A stretch of DNA of 64,000 nucleotides from Azolla caroliniana (taxonomy: Eukaryota > Plantae > Polypodiophyta): the NCBI GenBank assembly GCA_043228905.1, contig JBHGNT010000006.1:13702001-13766000 (forward strand), given 5' to 3'. Numbering within the stretch: the first letter of the stretch is position 1; every line of letters starts with the position of its first letter. The notes beneath the pieces were generated by a model. It searched no databases. It was not told the DNA's origin and saw nothing but the letters and a program-made list of their open reading frames with translations. A program made the position numbers and the translations under genes. This document shows, piece after piece, positions 63,896 through 64,000 of the stretch.

Positions 63896-64000
63896 AAACT
63901 GATCGACATACATGAACTTGAGCCAAGAGTAGAATTGGCAGAAACATCCGAACTGAAGTCGACAATGAGTGGAAGGAGGTACCCACTCAGAGAAAGGAGA

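Overview
Repeat-dense land-plant nuclear DNA. A fern or other seed-free plant is my inference from the TE families and microsatellite style, not proven. One intact host gene is present: a six-exon ORP4-type oxysterol-binding protein gene on the minus strand (30012-32512, 390 aa), in an island with no recognisable LTR elements that holds LINE fragments and hAT-like MITEs. The rest is nested, decayed LTR retrotransposons: several Ty1/copia elements, two chromovirus Ty3/gypsy elements, Athila-like gypsy elements (one with a 5.6 kb internal inversion and an extra 3' ORF) and solo LTRs. The most unusual signal is a twice-present, intron-containing, pseudogenised gene, largely invisible in the ORF track. 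It fuses a ParB/Sulfiredoxin-like domain to a bacterial/phage-type beta-class DNA amino-(N6A/N4C) methyltransferase (13924-23440, split by a chromovirus; second partial copy at 40343-42190). All domain calls come from manual motif recognition; no searches were run.
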